From Laetmonice hystrix (lineage: Eukaryota), in contig OZ249436.1 in assembly GCA_965235115.1 (NCBI GenBank), positions 4,032,001-4,096,000 of the forward strand: DNA of 64,000 nucleotides. Direction: 5' to 3'. The position numbers and the translations under genes were made by a program. Of the stretch, positions 27,171 to 39,262 are shown piece after piece; positions within the stretch are counted from its first letter, which is position 1; each line of letters begins with the position of its first letter. Under the pieces are notes generated by a model, which made no database searches, was not told where the DNA came from, and worked only from the letters and a program-made list of their open reading frames with translations.

Positions 27171-27990
27171 CTTATTTCGTGGGAATATTACAACGAAGGA
27201 GTGACCTTGACATGACCTACAAACTGTGTTGATTGTGATCAAGACAGTAAGGGCGGATTGCGGTCGATATATAGTTACCCCGAAGGCCAGTCATACCGAC
27301 TTTACACTGACCGACCATCAGCTTGTCCGGCAAAATGAAATGAAAACTTGCACGGTCACAAATGTTGACATTAAACTGAACAAATGACCGTCAGTGTTAC
27401 TTTGCTGCGTTGTACGACCGCTAGAATTGCTGTCAGCAATCCTAGGCCTAGCCCTAACAACATGCCCCAGGTCGGGGGACGAATGCACGTACGACCGACC
27501 ATTCTGGAAGCAATCCGTCAATGTCACCCGTCATGTCGTATAGAAAGACAAAAGGCTGAATTGAGGACGGATTTTGGGGCAAATTCTCGGAAAAGATTAA
27601 ATCACACTCAGATTAAGACCATGAAGACTGGACTGCATCCTGCAAATTTCGATGAACGCAGTGCGGACGTGGACAAGATGGGGAAATGTGCAGTTTCCAA
27701 GTTCATACAACGTCCTTACCAGGGGCGGATCCAGGAGGGGGGGGGGGGGGACCGGGACGATTGCGGAAGAGGGTGGCTGGTCCTGAACTGCTGATAACTA
27801 AATCATGTTTTATAAAAATTTCAATCTTCATAAATCTCCAGGTTTAATGTTAGACCTTACTTTACTGCTCGAAAGGGGTGGCTGGGTGTGGGGTCACAGT
27901 GAGAGGGTAATCAGCTGTCATGGATTTCACAATTTTCGGTGATGTCACTGCGCTTTTGGTGGTCCCCCCTAACCCCTGACCTCTGTTCCC

Positions 27991-28399
27991 GTAAAGAGGT
28001 CGCCGGCTGATCGCTGTGGAGTGTGACAGGGACATTAACATGTAAAGAGGTCGCCGGCTGATCGCTGTGGAGTGTGACAGGGACATTAACATGTAAAGAG
28101 GTCGCCGGCTGATCGCTGTGGAGTGTGACAGGGACATTAACATGTAAAGAGGTCGCCGGCTGATCGCTGTGGAGTGTGACAGGGACATTAACATGTAAAG
28201 AGGTCGCCGGCTGATCGCTGTGGAGTGTGACAGGGACATTAACATGTAAAGAGGTCGCCGGCTGATCGCTGTGGAGTGTGACAGGGACATTAACATGTAA
28301 AGAGGTCGCCGGCTGATCGCTGTGGAGTGTGACAGGGACATTAACATGTAAAGAGGTCGCCGGCTGATCGCTGTGGAGTGTGACAGGGACATTAACATG
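27991..28399. repeat. 51-bp perfect tandem repeat, 8 copies
   Basis: Unit GTAAAGAGGTCGCCGGCTGATCGCTGTGGAGTGTGACAGGGACATTAACAT. Confidence 0.97.
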
Positions 28400-28999
28400 C
28401 CTTCAGCCCGGCCACGTTTCCACTCTTCCGCTTTACAAAACCAAAGAGATGGATATTTGTATGGAGGGGACGAAACGACACACGTGTCGGTCTGTGACCT
28501 GCGAGTCTAGGCACCCATTTCTCCTTACCATAATACCACATCGATCACACACTGGTACACGGTACCCCAATCCCTGGTGTATCATACCTGGTATCCAGCT
28601 ACACGTGAGTTGTGACGGCAGAGGGTAGGCCTGAACTATGTTACCTCGAGTTAAAAAAACCCACACGCACAATATTATAATTGTTTGTGATTTTACCTTT
28701 TTATAAGTGTTTGTATTCAATTTTCAGCGTAGAAATCTCAGAATATTAATTTTTTTAAATCCGAATATTTCTATACGATGGATTATTATCATATGGCATT
28801 TTTAAGTACATCGATGTACACATCTTCTATACTATAAACCACGGCGCATGAGGACAATGTCACAGCCGGTTTCTTTCCCGCGACAGCTCTACACAAGAAA
28901 TCTACTTAGGATATCTTTTAATTCGCCGCCACTGATCGTCAAAATCGATTGTCCTTAAATGAGTGACCTGGTATCGAGTCTGGGAGGTACTATACGGGA

Positions 29000-29105
29000 A
29001 AAAACTGTAAATGGTGTTATGCCGTATCATGCCCTCGGCTACGCTTCGAGCATAATTATTATCACTGCATAATACCGTCTCGATCTCCTCATGTAATATA
29101 CTAAA
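29000..29105 (-). mobile_element. Degenerate Crypton-like hairpin element, copy 3
   Basis: CTCGGCTACGCTTCGAG is the reverse complement of a GAGGCGWAGCCGAG-like loop within a decayed palindrome. Confidence 0.4.
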
Positions 29106-29110
29106 TAATG

Positions 29111-29347
29111 ATTCAGAATCTACATGACCTGTCCAGGTGTAGATCTAGGCTCTAGTTGATACCTTCCAGGAAATCTATTCAGAATTTACATGACCTGGCC
29201 AGGTGGTTCTAGTTGATACCTTCCAGGAAATCTATTCAGAATTTACATGACCTGGCCAGGTGGTTCTAGTTGTTACCTTCCAGGAAATCTATTCAGAATT
29301 TACATGACCTGGCCAGGTGGTTCTAGTTGTTACCTTCCAGGAAATCC
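29111..29347. repeat. 57-bp tandem repeat, ~4 copies
   Basis: Unit ATTCAGAATTTACATGACCTGGCCAGGTGGTTCTAGTTGATACCTTCCAGGAAATCT. Confidence 0.9.
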
Positions 29348-29467
29348 AGGGGTTCGCAGTTTGTTTCTTCAACTGTTTTAATACAGACCACGGGTGTTTT
29401 CTTATGGCTCGCTCATTATCTCACAGAAAGAGTTCCTTTTTCTCCTCGTTCACATTTATTAATGCTC

Positions 29468-30205
29468 CATGCATCTGTTACGTTTCCATTGGATACAGGC
29501 TGGGTTATCATGCATCTGTTACGTTTCCATTGGATACAGGCTGGGTTATCATGCATCTGTTACGTTTCCATTGGATACAGGCTGGGTTATCATGCATCTG
29601 TTACGTTTCCATTGGATACAGGCTGGGTTATCATGCATCTGTTACGTTTCCATTGGATACAGGCTGGGTTATCATGCATCTGTTACGTTTCCATTGGATA
29701 CACGCTGGGTTATCATGCATCTGTTACGTTTCCATTGGATACAGGCTGGGTTATCATGCATCTGTTACGTTTCCATTGGATACAGGCTGGGTTATCATGC
29801 ATCTGTTACGTTTCCATTGGATACAGGCTGGGTTATCATGCATATGTTACGTTTCCATTGGATACACGCTGGGTTATCATGCATCTGTTACGTTTCCATT
29901 GGATACAGGCTGGGTTATCATGCATCTGTTACGTTTCCATTGGATACAGGCTGGGTTATCATGCATCTGTTACGTTTCCATTGGATACAGGCTGGGTTAT
30001 CATGCATCTGTTACGTTTCCATTGGATACAGGCTGGGTTATCATGCATCTGTTACGTTTCCATTGGATACAGGCTGGGTTATCATGCATCTGTTACGTTT
30101 CCATTGGATACAGGCTGGGTTATCATGCATCTGTTACGTTTCCATTGGATACACGCTGGGTTGTCATGCATCTGTTACGTTTCCATTGGATACACGCTGG
30201 GTTAT
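29468..30205. repeat. 41-bp minisatellite, ~18 copies
   Basis: Unit CATGCATCTGTTACGTTTCCATTGGATACAGGCTGGGTTAT. Confidence 0.97.
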
Positions 30206-30638
30206 AACATCGGATTACACATAATTAAATGCATTGTTGTGCTCTTTCCGGGATTGGGGGCATACCCTGAGCTCTCATCACGTGGTTTCTATTGACCAAT
30301 AAGAACACATATAGGTGGACCTGTCATTAAAACGGCGGGATCCAGGGTGGCAGAAATCTCGACGGACAATCCGTTTGCCAAAAGAGGATTCCGCCATGGC
30401 GCCAGGTCCTATTATCAAGATTCTTAGACTGGGATTCTGTCAAAGACTGCTGTCTGCAGCGGGTGGGAGACTTACAGAAACCATGTGGTGCAGCAAGCCG
30501 CGGTGGCTGGCTGGCTGCACGCTGGGTCAGCAACTGCCATAACAGTGATCTGCCACTTGTGACAGTTTGAATCGAATTCTATCGTCATTCAGTTTATATC
30601 GATCAGGGTACGTCGTCTATACAAATCACAACTCTGAT

Positions 30639-31473
30639 TGGAGCTCCTCCGAGAACATTACTGGAGCTCCTCCGAGAACATTACTGGAGCTCCTCCGAGA
30701 ACATTACTGGAGCTCCTCCGAGAACATTACTGGAGCTCCTCCGAGAACATTACTGGAGCTCCTCCGAGAACATTACTGGAGCTCCTCCGAGAACATTACT
30801 GGAGCTCCTCCGAGAACATTACTGGAGCTCCTCCGAGAACATTACTGGAGCTCCTCCGAGAACATTACTGGAGCTCCTCCGAGAACATTACTGGAGCTCC
30901 TCCGAGAACATTACTGGAGCTCCTCCGAGAACATTACTGGAGCTCCTCCGAGAACATTACTGGAGCTCCTCCGAGAACATTACTGGAGCTCCTCCGAGAA
31001 CATTACTGGAGCTCCTCCGAGAACATTACTGGAGCTACTCCGAGAACATTACTGGAGCTCCCCCGAGAACATTACTGGAGCTCCTCCGAGAACATTACTG
31101 GAGCTCCTCCGAGAACATTACTGGAGCTCCTCCGAGAACATTACTGGAGCTCCTCCGAGAACATTACTGGAGCTCCTCCGAGAACATTACTGGAGCTCCT
31201 CCGAGAACATTACTGGAGCTCCTCCGAGAACATTACTGGAGCTCCTCCGAGAACATTACTGGAGCTCCTCCGAGAACATTACTGGAGCTCCTCCGAGAAC
31301 ATTACTCGAGCTCCCCCGAGAACATTACTCGAGCTCCTCCGAGAACATTACTGGAGCTCCTCCGAGAACATTACATTACTGGAGCTCCTCCGAGAACATT
31401 ACTGGAGCTCCTCCGAGAACATTACTGGAGCTCCTCCGAGAACATTACTCGAGCTCCTCCGAGAACATTACTG
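30639..31473. repeat. 23-bp minisatellite, ~36 copies
   Basis: Unit TGGAGCTCCTCCGAGAACATTAC. Confidence 0.97.
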
Positions 31474-33893
31474 CGCCAATCTGTACAATAGATGGAGATT
31501 ACACGTCATGGATGTGACATCAGCTCCAAGATGTTTAACTCAAACTTATGTACGCGTGGACATATCATATATTATATACTGATCCAGCGCCATCTATATT
31601 CCACTTGCGGATAGATTAAACCTATGTATATAATATACACCATGATACCCTTTCTCGTGTCCTCATAATGTGGTCTCGGATGGGCACCGGAATCGCGAAG
31701 TTAGACGCATAACAAATGTCCACATATCCGCATCTACGTATATCGTCAAATCTATGATTACAGCCACCGACATTATCGGCTCTATCCCTTGTAATACAAG
31801 GAGAATTTTACTTTGAAATGCAACATTAGAAGATACACAGTAGATGTCGGCTGAAGAGGAAACGTTGTGCTGATTTGATAACACAGAACCAAATGCGACC
31901 TGTCATACTGAATACCGAGCATACCAATTTAGTGCTGCCAGGAACTAATTGGTCCGCTTGTGTTCGCGATGAAGGGTGCTCGCTGCCCCTCCTCATCACA
32001 TCTTTCTCGCTTGTTTTTTTTAAATAATATATGTAAGATTTATAATACCTAATACTTAATAGAACTATTATTCTACCTATAATTGATGATTGTCAATAAG
32101 GAGCGATTGGAATGATTCGCATTATGCCAGGACCACTTTACAAAACAAACGAAAGAGCCACCATTACAGGTTCTCTGCTGGAAGTCAGCCAATGGCAATT
32201 TTCTGACAACCCCAGCAACTAAAACGGAGTTATCGCTTTGTGCCACACAAATAAAGTCTCTAGTCCTGCAGTGGTCCGACCTAGGCTGACACGACGCCAT
32301 GAATGAGCAGGTTACAGCAGCTATACGAGCGGCGCGAGGCTCGCGATTTCCTGTAATCACCTTGAATATACAATGTTGCCGTAAGTTGGCACGTCGCGGC
32401 CAAAGTGACGCGTCACCAGACACTGACAACGTCACGTCACGTCAGCCTGGTCTGATGTGGTCACGTCTGTCTGGAGGGAGCTGGAAATCAGCTCCTCGTT
32501 TTTCTCAGTGTTATTTGGGGAACTATTATGTCAACGCTGCTTGGGGACAAAATGATCGGCCCTTTGTTGGGCACTCATGCCATCAACAATCTGCTTGGCC
32601 ATAATATAGCAAAGTTTACTTTTAGCCAAGATAGCGCTTCCAGCCGTACGGTGCATTAGGCCTATTTAAAATAACTGCTGCTATTACTTCGACTGAAAGT
32701 CCAGGCCTTGCAGGCCGGAAGTAGTTTTACGTATTTTTCTCCGTGTCACGTGGTCAGCCTGGACCAATTTGTGGACGCTACAGAGGCAGATCACTTCACT
32801 GTTGCTTGATCGCGGCCCCTGTTACTGACCTTGGCATTCGACATTAAACTGGTTCTCGGACTCCATGAAACACTAGGCCTACCATTTCACAGGTATACAA
32901 TATCTCAACCTTTTCTATGGGCAAGACAGAATATAGCCTTATTACACCATCTCCGTCTCTCTCTTTCTCTGTCTTTCCTTGATTCGGTTGTAGATGAACA
33001 GAAGCTCGGCTTCCCTCGTTAACGATGGCATCATGCCCAGGCGATGACCTTCGTGCGCATGTCAAGGTGAGAAGGCAGGATCTGTGGGCGACACGATGTG
33101 CTCCAATTTTCTACAAATACCCACTGTAATATTGGTATGGTGGTTATACACCTGGGTCCAGTTCTTAAAAACTTAAGATCTTGCTTAAGCTTAAGCTTAA
33201 CGCTTCTGATTGGCTGAAGCCAATCAGAAGCCAAATTTGATGCAATTGGATTCCTTTAAGAGCTAAAAGAAATATTATTTGCTTAGAGCCCTTTAATGCT
33301 GATTTATAATCTACAGTGATTATAACTTATCTTTGATGCCAGGGTCGACTTACGGTAAAGACTTACGATAAAGACTTACGATAAAGACTTACGATAAAGA
33401 GCTTTGCGACTGCACTCGACCACAGTTTGCAATATTTCCGGCTCGTTGCTGACATCACAACTTTCTCAGAAGGCACAAAGAATAGTATTCAAGTCATGGA
33501 CCAAGTTCAAACCTTTGGGTAGATACGATGGAAGCCAACCAAAGCAGGGGACAGAAGCCCGGTATCTGGGTTTCCTGCGGAGTCGGCCTCAGTTCTGACA
33601 GGAACATGTTCGAACACGAACGAAATGTTGAGTATGCCTGGTGAGATTACACCAATCAGCCCAATGGTCTCAGGAGGAAACGTTACAAATAGGTCAGGGG
33701 TACCATCCAGGTGACGAAAAGCCAATCCGATTTAGTATTCGATTTGTGAAGTCTTCCCTTGAAGGGAGGTAGACTCCGTGTTGGACGACGAACATACGTA
33801 TTGCACCAAAATGGTCAAAGGGACGGATAAAATTGGCGAATCCACGAAGGAGATTGTTCTTGCGATGTCCACGCGATTCTTACGTAGGCCTTA

Positions 33894-34110
33894 GGGCCTG
33901 GGCACACTAAGCCGATTTACATCCGATCGGCCATCCGATTTTCTTAACTTTTGAAATTATTGGTAATTTGTGTCATCAAATCATTAAAGGACATTTAATT
34001 TGTAAAGATTAGATATATATTTTTCGTCGGACACAAATATCAGATAGCCTACATTTTATCATCAATCGGATGGCCGATCGGATGTAAATCGGCTTAGTGG
34101 AATCCAGCCA
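33894..34110. mobile_element. Harbinger-like MITE (TTA TSD)
   Basis: Inverted repeat CACTAAGCCGATTTACATCCGATCGGCCATCCGATT / AATCGGATGGCCGATCGGATGTAAATCGGCTTAGTG; TTA on both sides (33891-33893, 34111-34113). Confidence 0.75.
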
Positions 34111-35048
34111 TTACTCTTTCATCTTATTGTGATTGTCAGTTGAAAAAATAAAAAGCCATTCCAGAATCTGAGACGCGGGGCTAACACAAAGTGCAGAACG
34201 TCATTACGTCATCAACGTAAAAATCGGTCGCTGTAAAGGCCGACAGCCTTGGTGGAGTATCTCACGAATTTCAAGTCATAGGGGAAGTTTCATAAAAAAA
34301 ATATGTCTGCATTGCGGTCCTCCGATATCGTCCAAATCTGCCCATACCTTTTTGTGGACTTGGCGGGTATCTAAAAGTCGCCAAATCTTATTTCAGTCAC
34401 TGAAATTGACCCACTTGGCTTCCGAGACCTCGGGAGTTTTCATATTCCTATACGTACATATCTATGCAAATTATGGTATGTGCTGTCAGTATTCGCAATA
34501 GAGATATTCCATTTGTATTAGTGAAAATAGATTTCGAATATTGTTAGCATTATTCTCGGAAAAAATCACGGATATTTTTTTCATGAAATCTGGAACTAGA
34601 TTCGTTGTGGACTGTTACTGAAGGTATGCTCTACACCACAACACAGCGTTTGGCGACAGCTGCGTTCACCGTGTTTGCGTGCACTCGGGCTAGTTTTTGT
34701 AATTTTTCTACCATTAGGGATAATTTCATAGCTGTCATAGGATGTGTTAACAGAATCAATATGAGAAACATAAAATACGTTAGTGGTGAGGAGGTGAGTA
34801 TATATCTGAAGATTCCGGTCGATGATCCGGCGAGTGAAACAATCCCTTTAAATGTGAACTGTGAAATGACAGAATGAGTTCTCAGTGCAAGTCGATCATC
34901 AAACAGCTTGTGCAGCGCTGGGTGACCTTCTCAAGTCAACCCAAAGACTACTGCAGAACTGTATGTATCGACTAGATCTCTAACTCAAGCCCATATCTTG
35001 GCATATAACCATTGATATACAACTTTCTCAAGCAATCCTTTCTCTTAA

Positions 35049-35388
35049 AGGTGCTATTCGTGAAAAAAAGTTCATTTTTTTAATTTTTTATTTTGTTGAC
35101 GTTTATGTGATCCCACCTATCATGGAAATAGATTCACAACAAAGGAAATCAAAATTTTTCATGGATAACAGCACAAATGGGGCTCTCTCAGAAGGCCTGT
35201 GGAGACCCTGACACGCCCCACCATAGGAAATAGCTCTATCTTGGTGCGCACCGAGATAGGTTTCAAATGCTGCACACAGACTAATAGAAGGTTTATCAGG
35301 CCAATGGTATCGGTAGGAATTTTTTCTAGTACTATGTGCACAATGTATGATAGGAGAAATGCCATTCTGTGCGAGACGAATAGCACCT
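35049..35388. mobile_element. Kolobok-like MITE (TTAA TSD)
   Basis: TTAA|AGGTGCTATTCGT ... ACGAATAGCACCT|TTAA, perfect 13-bp TIR. Confidence 0.85.
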
Positions 35389-36479
35389 TTAAAATTGATT
35401 ACCTATATAAGGGGTACGGCATACGAGTAAAGGCTGACGAGTTAGCGGGACAAGACTTGTGTAACCGACACCGAGATTGCTGTATAAATGAAAGACTCTC
35501 TCATGAATAGAGTAATATCCCTGCAGACGCAGAGAATACTGATACCATCATTACGTGCACTGAATCACATATATGGCAATCCAGTGCTGGAAAATGGGAT
35601 ATCGCATTTTAAGGCTACCTCAACTTTATTATGAATTGTCATTCTCTTGAACCAGACATGAGGCGTGCCTAGGTTGCTCTTCTACGTAGGATGTTCGTAT
35701 TAAAAGGAACTTGAAACATCCATATCGTCTTCAGGAAAACGCCTATTGAAATACCCGAGCATATTATGTGCAATTTTATTTTCCCGTTACAGTTGTCAGG
35801 TCCCAGCAAATACATATCTACAAATGAATATCGTGTGTACATGTAGGGTCTATACTTTGGGCAAAACAGACTGAACCCCAGAGAACAATGCCTATATGGT
35901 TGCGTTTAATCAGTGCGTAGTCGTAGTGTAGCTTTGAATGAGATTTGAATGATTATTGAGGGCATGATGCTGGAAAGTGTAGCCTATGCAGGGGTCTGTC
36001 GCTATTGGTTACAAGGTTCTTATAGGGGCTGGTCTTGGTGAGCAGCCTTGTGGAATGGACACCAATCTCCGAGAGGAGGTCATTTCGATTCGTTCACGTA
36101 ACGTAAATGACGTGCCGTTGCCTGGGAGTTATTGAGATGTTTGTCCTTAAAGCGAGGCTGTCCCATACTGCCCTTGAGCGCCACGCCGTGCAACCTTTCT
36201 CTAACCGGAAGTAGGCCGCAAGGACGGCCGACAAGGCAGTGATCCACGACTATAGCCTGCAGCGCGCTGCATGGCTTTCCGCGCCCAAATTGGTGTTTAT
36301 GTGAACGGATCTATATATGATTTGTTTATATGCGTTAACTCGCCGCCCATGGAGGGGCGTTAATGCAGTGGTAGTGCACAGGTCGACATGCACGTGAGGG
36401 CACTGGCGGATCCAGGATTTCACTAAATGGGGGGTGGGGTGGGGGGGGGGGGGGTGGGGGGGGGGGGGTGGGGGGTATT

Positions 36480-36668
36480 TGGGGTTTTACGCCTTGCAAC
36501 AGCCAGGGTCATATCACGGCGGTGAAGATGATGATGATGATGAAAGTCAGTTTTTCTTGGTGGAGGAAACCGGAGTGCCCTGAGGAAACCACCGACCTTC
36601 GGGAAGGAACTGACTGACAAACCTTTCACACATGCAGCCCTGGCCAGGGATCGAACCTGGACCGCAGC
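36480..36668 (-). mobile_element. 5'-truncated tRNA-derived V-SINE-like element, copy 1
   Basis: Minus strand has B-box GGTTCGATCCC and a V-domain-like core GGTGGTTTCCTCAGGGCACTCCGGTTTCCTCC. Confidence 0.7.
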
Positions 36669-37050
36669 GGGGGGGGGGGGGGGGGCACAGAATAGCAATT
36701 CATGATTGTTTCCATTACTAATTAAAGCTCATGCTCTTGAATGAGAGTTTTAGAGGTATAGGCCTACATAATAGCTCGGGGTTTCCCTGAGATACACCGT
36801 CAGTGTTAAAATTAATTAAAAATGAGTAGACTATAGGCGTGTAGGCCTATAATTAGTGAAGCTTAAGGGTGGGGGGGGGGGGGCACGTGCCCCCTGTGCC
36901 CCCCTCTGAATAGCTCGGGGTTTCCCTGAGATACACCGTCAGTGTTAAAATTAATTAAAAATGAGTAGACTATAGGCGTGTAGGCCTATAATTAGTGAAG
37001 CTTAAGGGGGGGGGGGCACGTGCCCCCTGTGCCCCCCTCTGGATCCGCCT

Positions 37051-37240
37051 TTGGGGTTTTACGCCTTGCAACAGCCAGGGTCATATCACGGCGGTGAAGA
37101 TGATGATGATGATGAAAGTCAGTTTTTCTTGGTGGAGGAAACCGGAGTGCCCGGAGGAAACCACCGACCTTCGGGAAGGAACTGACTGACAAACCTTTCA
37201 CACATGCAGCCCTGGCCAGGGATCGAACCTGGACCGCAGC
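37051..37240 (-). mobile_element. 5'-truncated V-SINE-like element, copy 2 (local duplicate)
   Basis: Nearly identical to 36480-36668. Confidence 0.7.
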
Positions 37241-37959
37241 GGGGGGGGGGGGGGGGGGGCACAGAATAGCAATTCATGATTGTTTCCATTACTAATTAAA
37301 GCTCATGCTCTTGAATGAGAGTTTTAGAGGTATAGGCCTACATAATAGCTCGGGGTTTCCCTGAGATACACCGTCAGTGTTAAAATTAATTAAAAATGAG
37401 TAGACTATAGGCGTGTAGGCCTATAATTAGTGAAGCTTAAGGGTGGGGGGGGGGGGGCACGTGCCCCCTGTGCCCCCCTCTGGATCCGCCTTTGCGTGAG
37501 GGGGTTTCTACTTAACAACATTCTAGGCCTACTTACATTAATATGCAGCTATTACCGACCGGCAAATGTTTCATAATGTTATTTTTGTTTATTCTATTAC
37601 CGCTCCGAGGGACTTCCAATAGAAAAGATATGATCATTATTCTTGAGGAGTGATCGGTTTTTAATGGAATAGTGTGGTGGTCATCGAGTAATGCATCGTT
37701 TTCCATTCATCACTTCTCGTTCAATCTAGGTCATAAAAACGCAGTTATAGACCCGATTACCTGCATGACATCAACATCAAACGGTTCCGTGTCCTTTTAA
37801 GTGCATTATTGGGGAAAAATGAACCCCAAATTTAGAGTGCTCCCCAGTGTCACTGACAGGTAATTCACTGACTTTACGACGATCTTATGTAGGTTCCAGC
37901 TACCACGCCAAATAGCGATTGCTGCCTAAAGGCCTCGTGAAATGGCAACAGGTAGGTTT

Positions 37960-38456
37960 GGTGCAGGACTACATGATGGTTAGCAGCATCAGTTAGTGCA
38001 CCTATGCAGGACTATGGTTATAGCAGCATCAGTTAGTGCACCTAGGCAGGGCTATGGTTAGCAGCATCAGTTAGTGCACCTATGCAGGACTATGGTTAGC
38101 AGCATCAGTTAGTGCACCTATGCAGGACTATGGTTATAGCAGCATCAGTTAGTGCACCTAGGCAGGGCTATGGTTAGCAGCATCAGTTAGTGCACCTATG
38201 CAGGACTATGGTTAGCAGCATCAGTTAGTGCACCTATGCAGGACTATGGTTAGCAGCATCAGTTAGTGCACTTAGGCAGGACTATGGTTAGCAGCATCAG
38301 TTAGTGCACCTAGGCAGGGCTATGGTTAGCAGCATCAGTTAGTGCACCTAGGCAGGGCTATGGTTAACAGCATCAGTTAGTGCACCTAGGCAGGACTATG
38401 GTTAGCAGCATCAGTTAGTGCACCTAGGCAGGACTATGGTTAGCAGCATCAGTTAT
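37960..38456. repeat. 38-bp minisatellite, ~13 copies
   Basis: Unit TAGCAGCATCAGTTAGTGCACCTATGCAGGACTATGGT. Confidence 0.95.
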
Positions 38457-38973
38457 ATGCAGGAAGCACGAGGTCTATTGAACTTGGTCGACCTTCAGTA
38501 AGGTGACTGAGTATTGCGACCGGGCCACACTTCAAGGCCAGACGGCAGCGACGCGCTGGGATATATTGGTGAGACGGAAGGCGCGTCGATAAGAGAAGCA
38601 TGTAGGCCTATCTGCTTGCCCCGACAGTGCTCAGCTCGACGAAAACCACATCACGGCTTCAGCTGCCTCCGGCCTGTAAGTGGCAGATCTCGGCGAGCCT
38701 TGACGTGTGCTGACGTATTGCTAATCGGGGGATGCTCGGACCACAAAACTTACCTTATCAAAACAGTCCCTAAATTATCCTCAAGTACATGTACAGTTAC
38801 CATGTTGCCATCAGTGTTGTTGTAGGGGGGGGGGGCAAAAAGAACGATCCATGTAAAAATCATATTTTAAAAATAATAAGTATAGGGCCCAACTGGTTTT
38901 CAAAAGTGACCGGTTTAAAATCAATTCTAGCATAGCCTACATTTCCCTAATTAAAATAGACCATTTTACATAC

Positions 38974-39262
38974 CTGTTAATAGTGACAAACGTCGCATGG
39001 CAGGAAATGGGTCATTCCCTGAGGTGTCCAGGATGTCCAGCCGATAAGCCTCTCCTTTAATCCGGTAAACTTTTCGATGGAAATCCTCGATCGTTGGCGT
39101 GTAATTATCGTCAAACTTATTGTTCAAGAAGCGAGCCACTATGGCCGTCTTGCCAACTTTAGCAGACCCAAGGAGAACAAGTCGATGACAATTTTTTGGC
39201 GGGGCCGCCTCCCCTTCTGAGAGTATTGGCATTGAGCCTGGTCTGGTTACCTCAGACTGCAT
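38974..39262 (-). CDS. RASD: RASD/Rhes/Dexras1-like small GTPase, coding exon 1
   Basis: Translates MQSEV...MPILSEGEAAPPKNCHRLVLLGSAKVGKTAIVARFL...YTPTIEDFHRKVYRIKGEAYRLDILDTSGNDPFPAMRRLSLLT-G. G1 GSAKVGKT, G2 YTPTIEDFH and G3 DTSGN are RASD-type. Donor ACAG|GTATGT (GT at 38973-38972), phase 1. Start is ATG 39262 or alternatively 39232. Confidence 0.95.

Larger units (their letters stand above)
36401..37494. mobile_element. hAT-type MITE with 8-bp TSD, containing a SINE and an internal duplication
   Basis: CACTGGCGGATCCAG ... CTGGATCCGCCTTTG flanked by CGTGAGGG on both sides. Confidence 0.8.

Noticed and set aside
31845..31870. Hammerhead-like CTGAAGAG-GAAAC
   Set aside because: No room for stem II and no convincing stems I/III.
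33202..33231. Perfect hairpin GCTTCTGATTGGC-TGAA-GCCAATCAGAAGC
   Set aside because: Most likely the centre of a truncated palindromic MITE; no promoter or terminator context.
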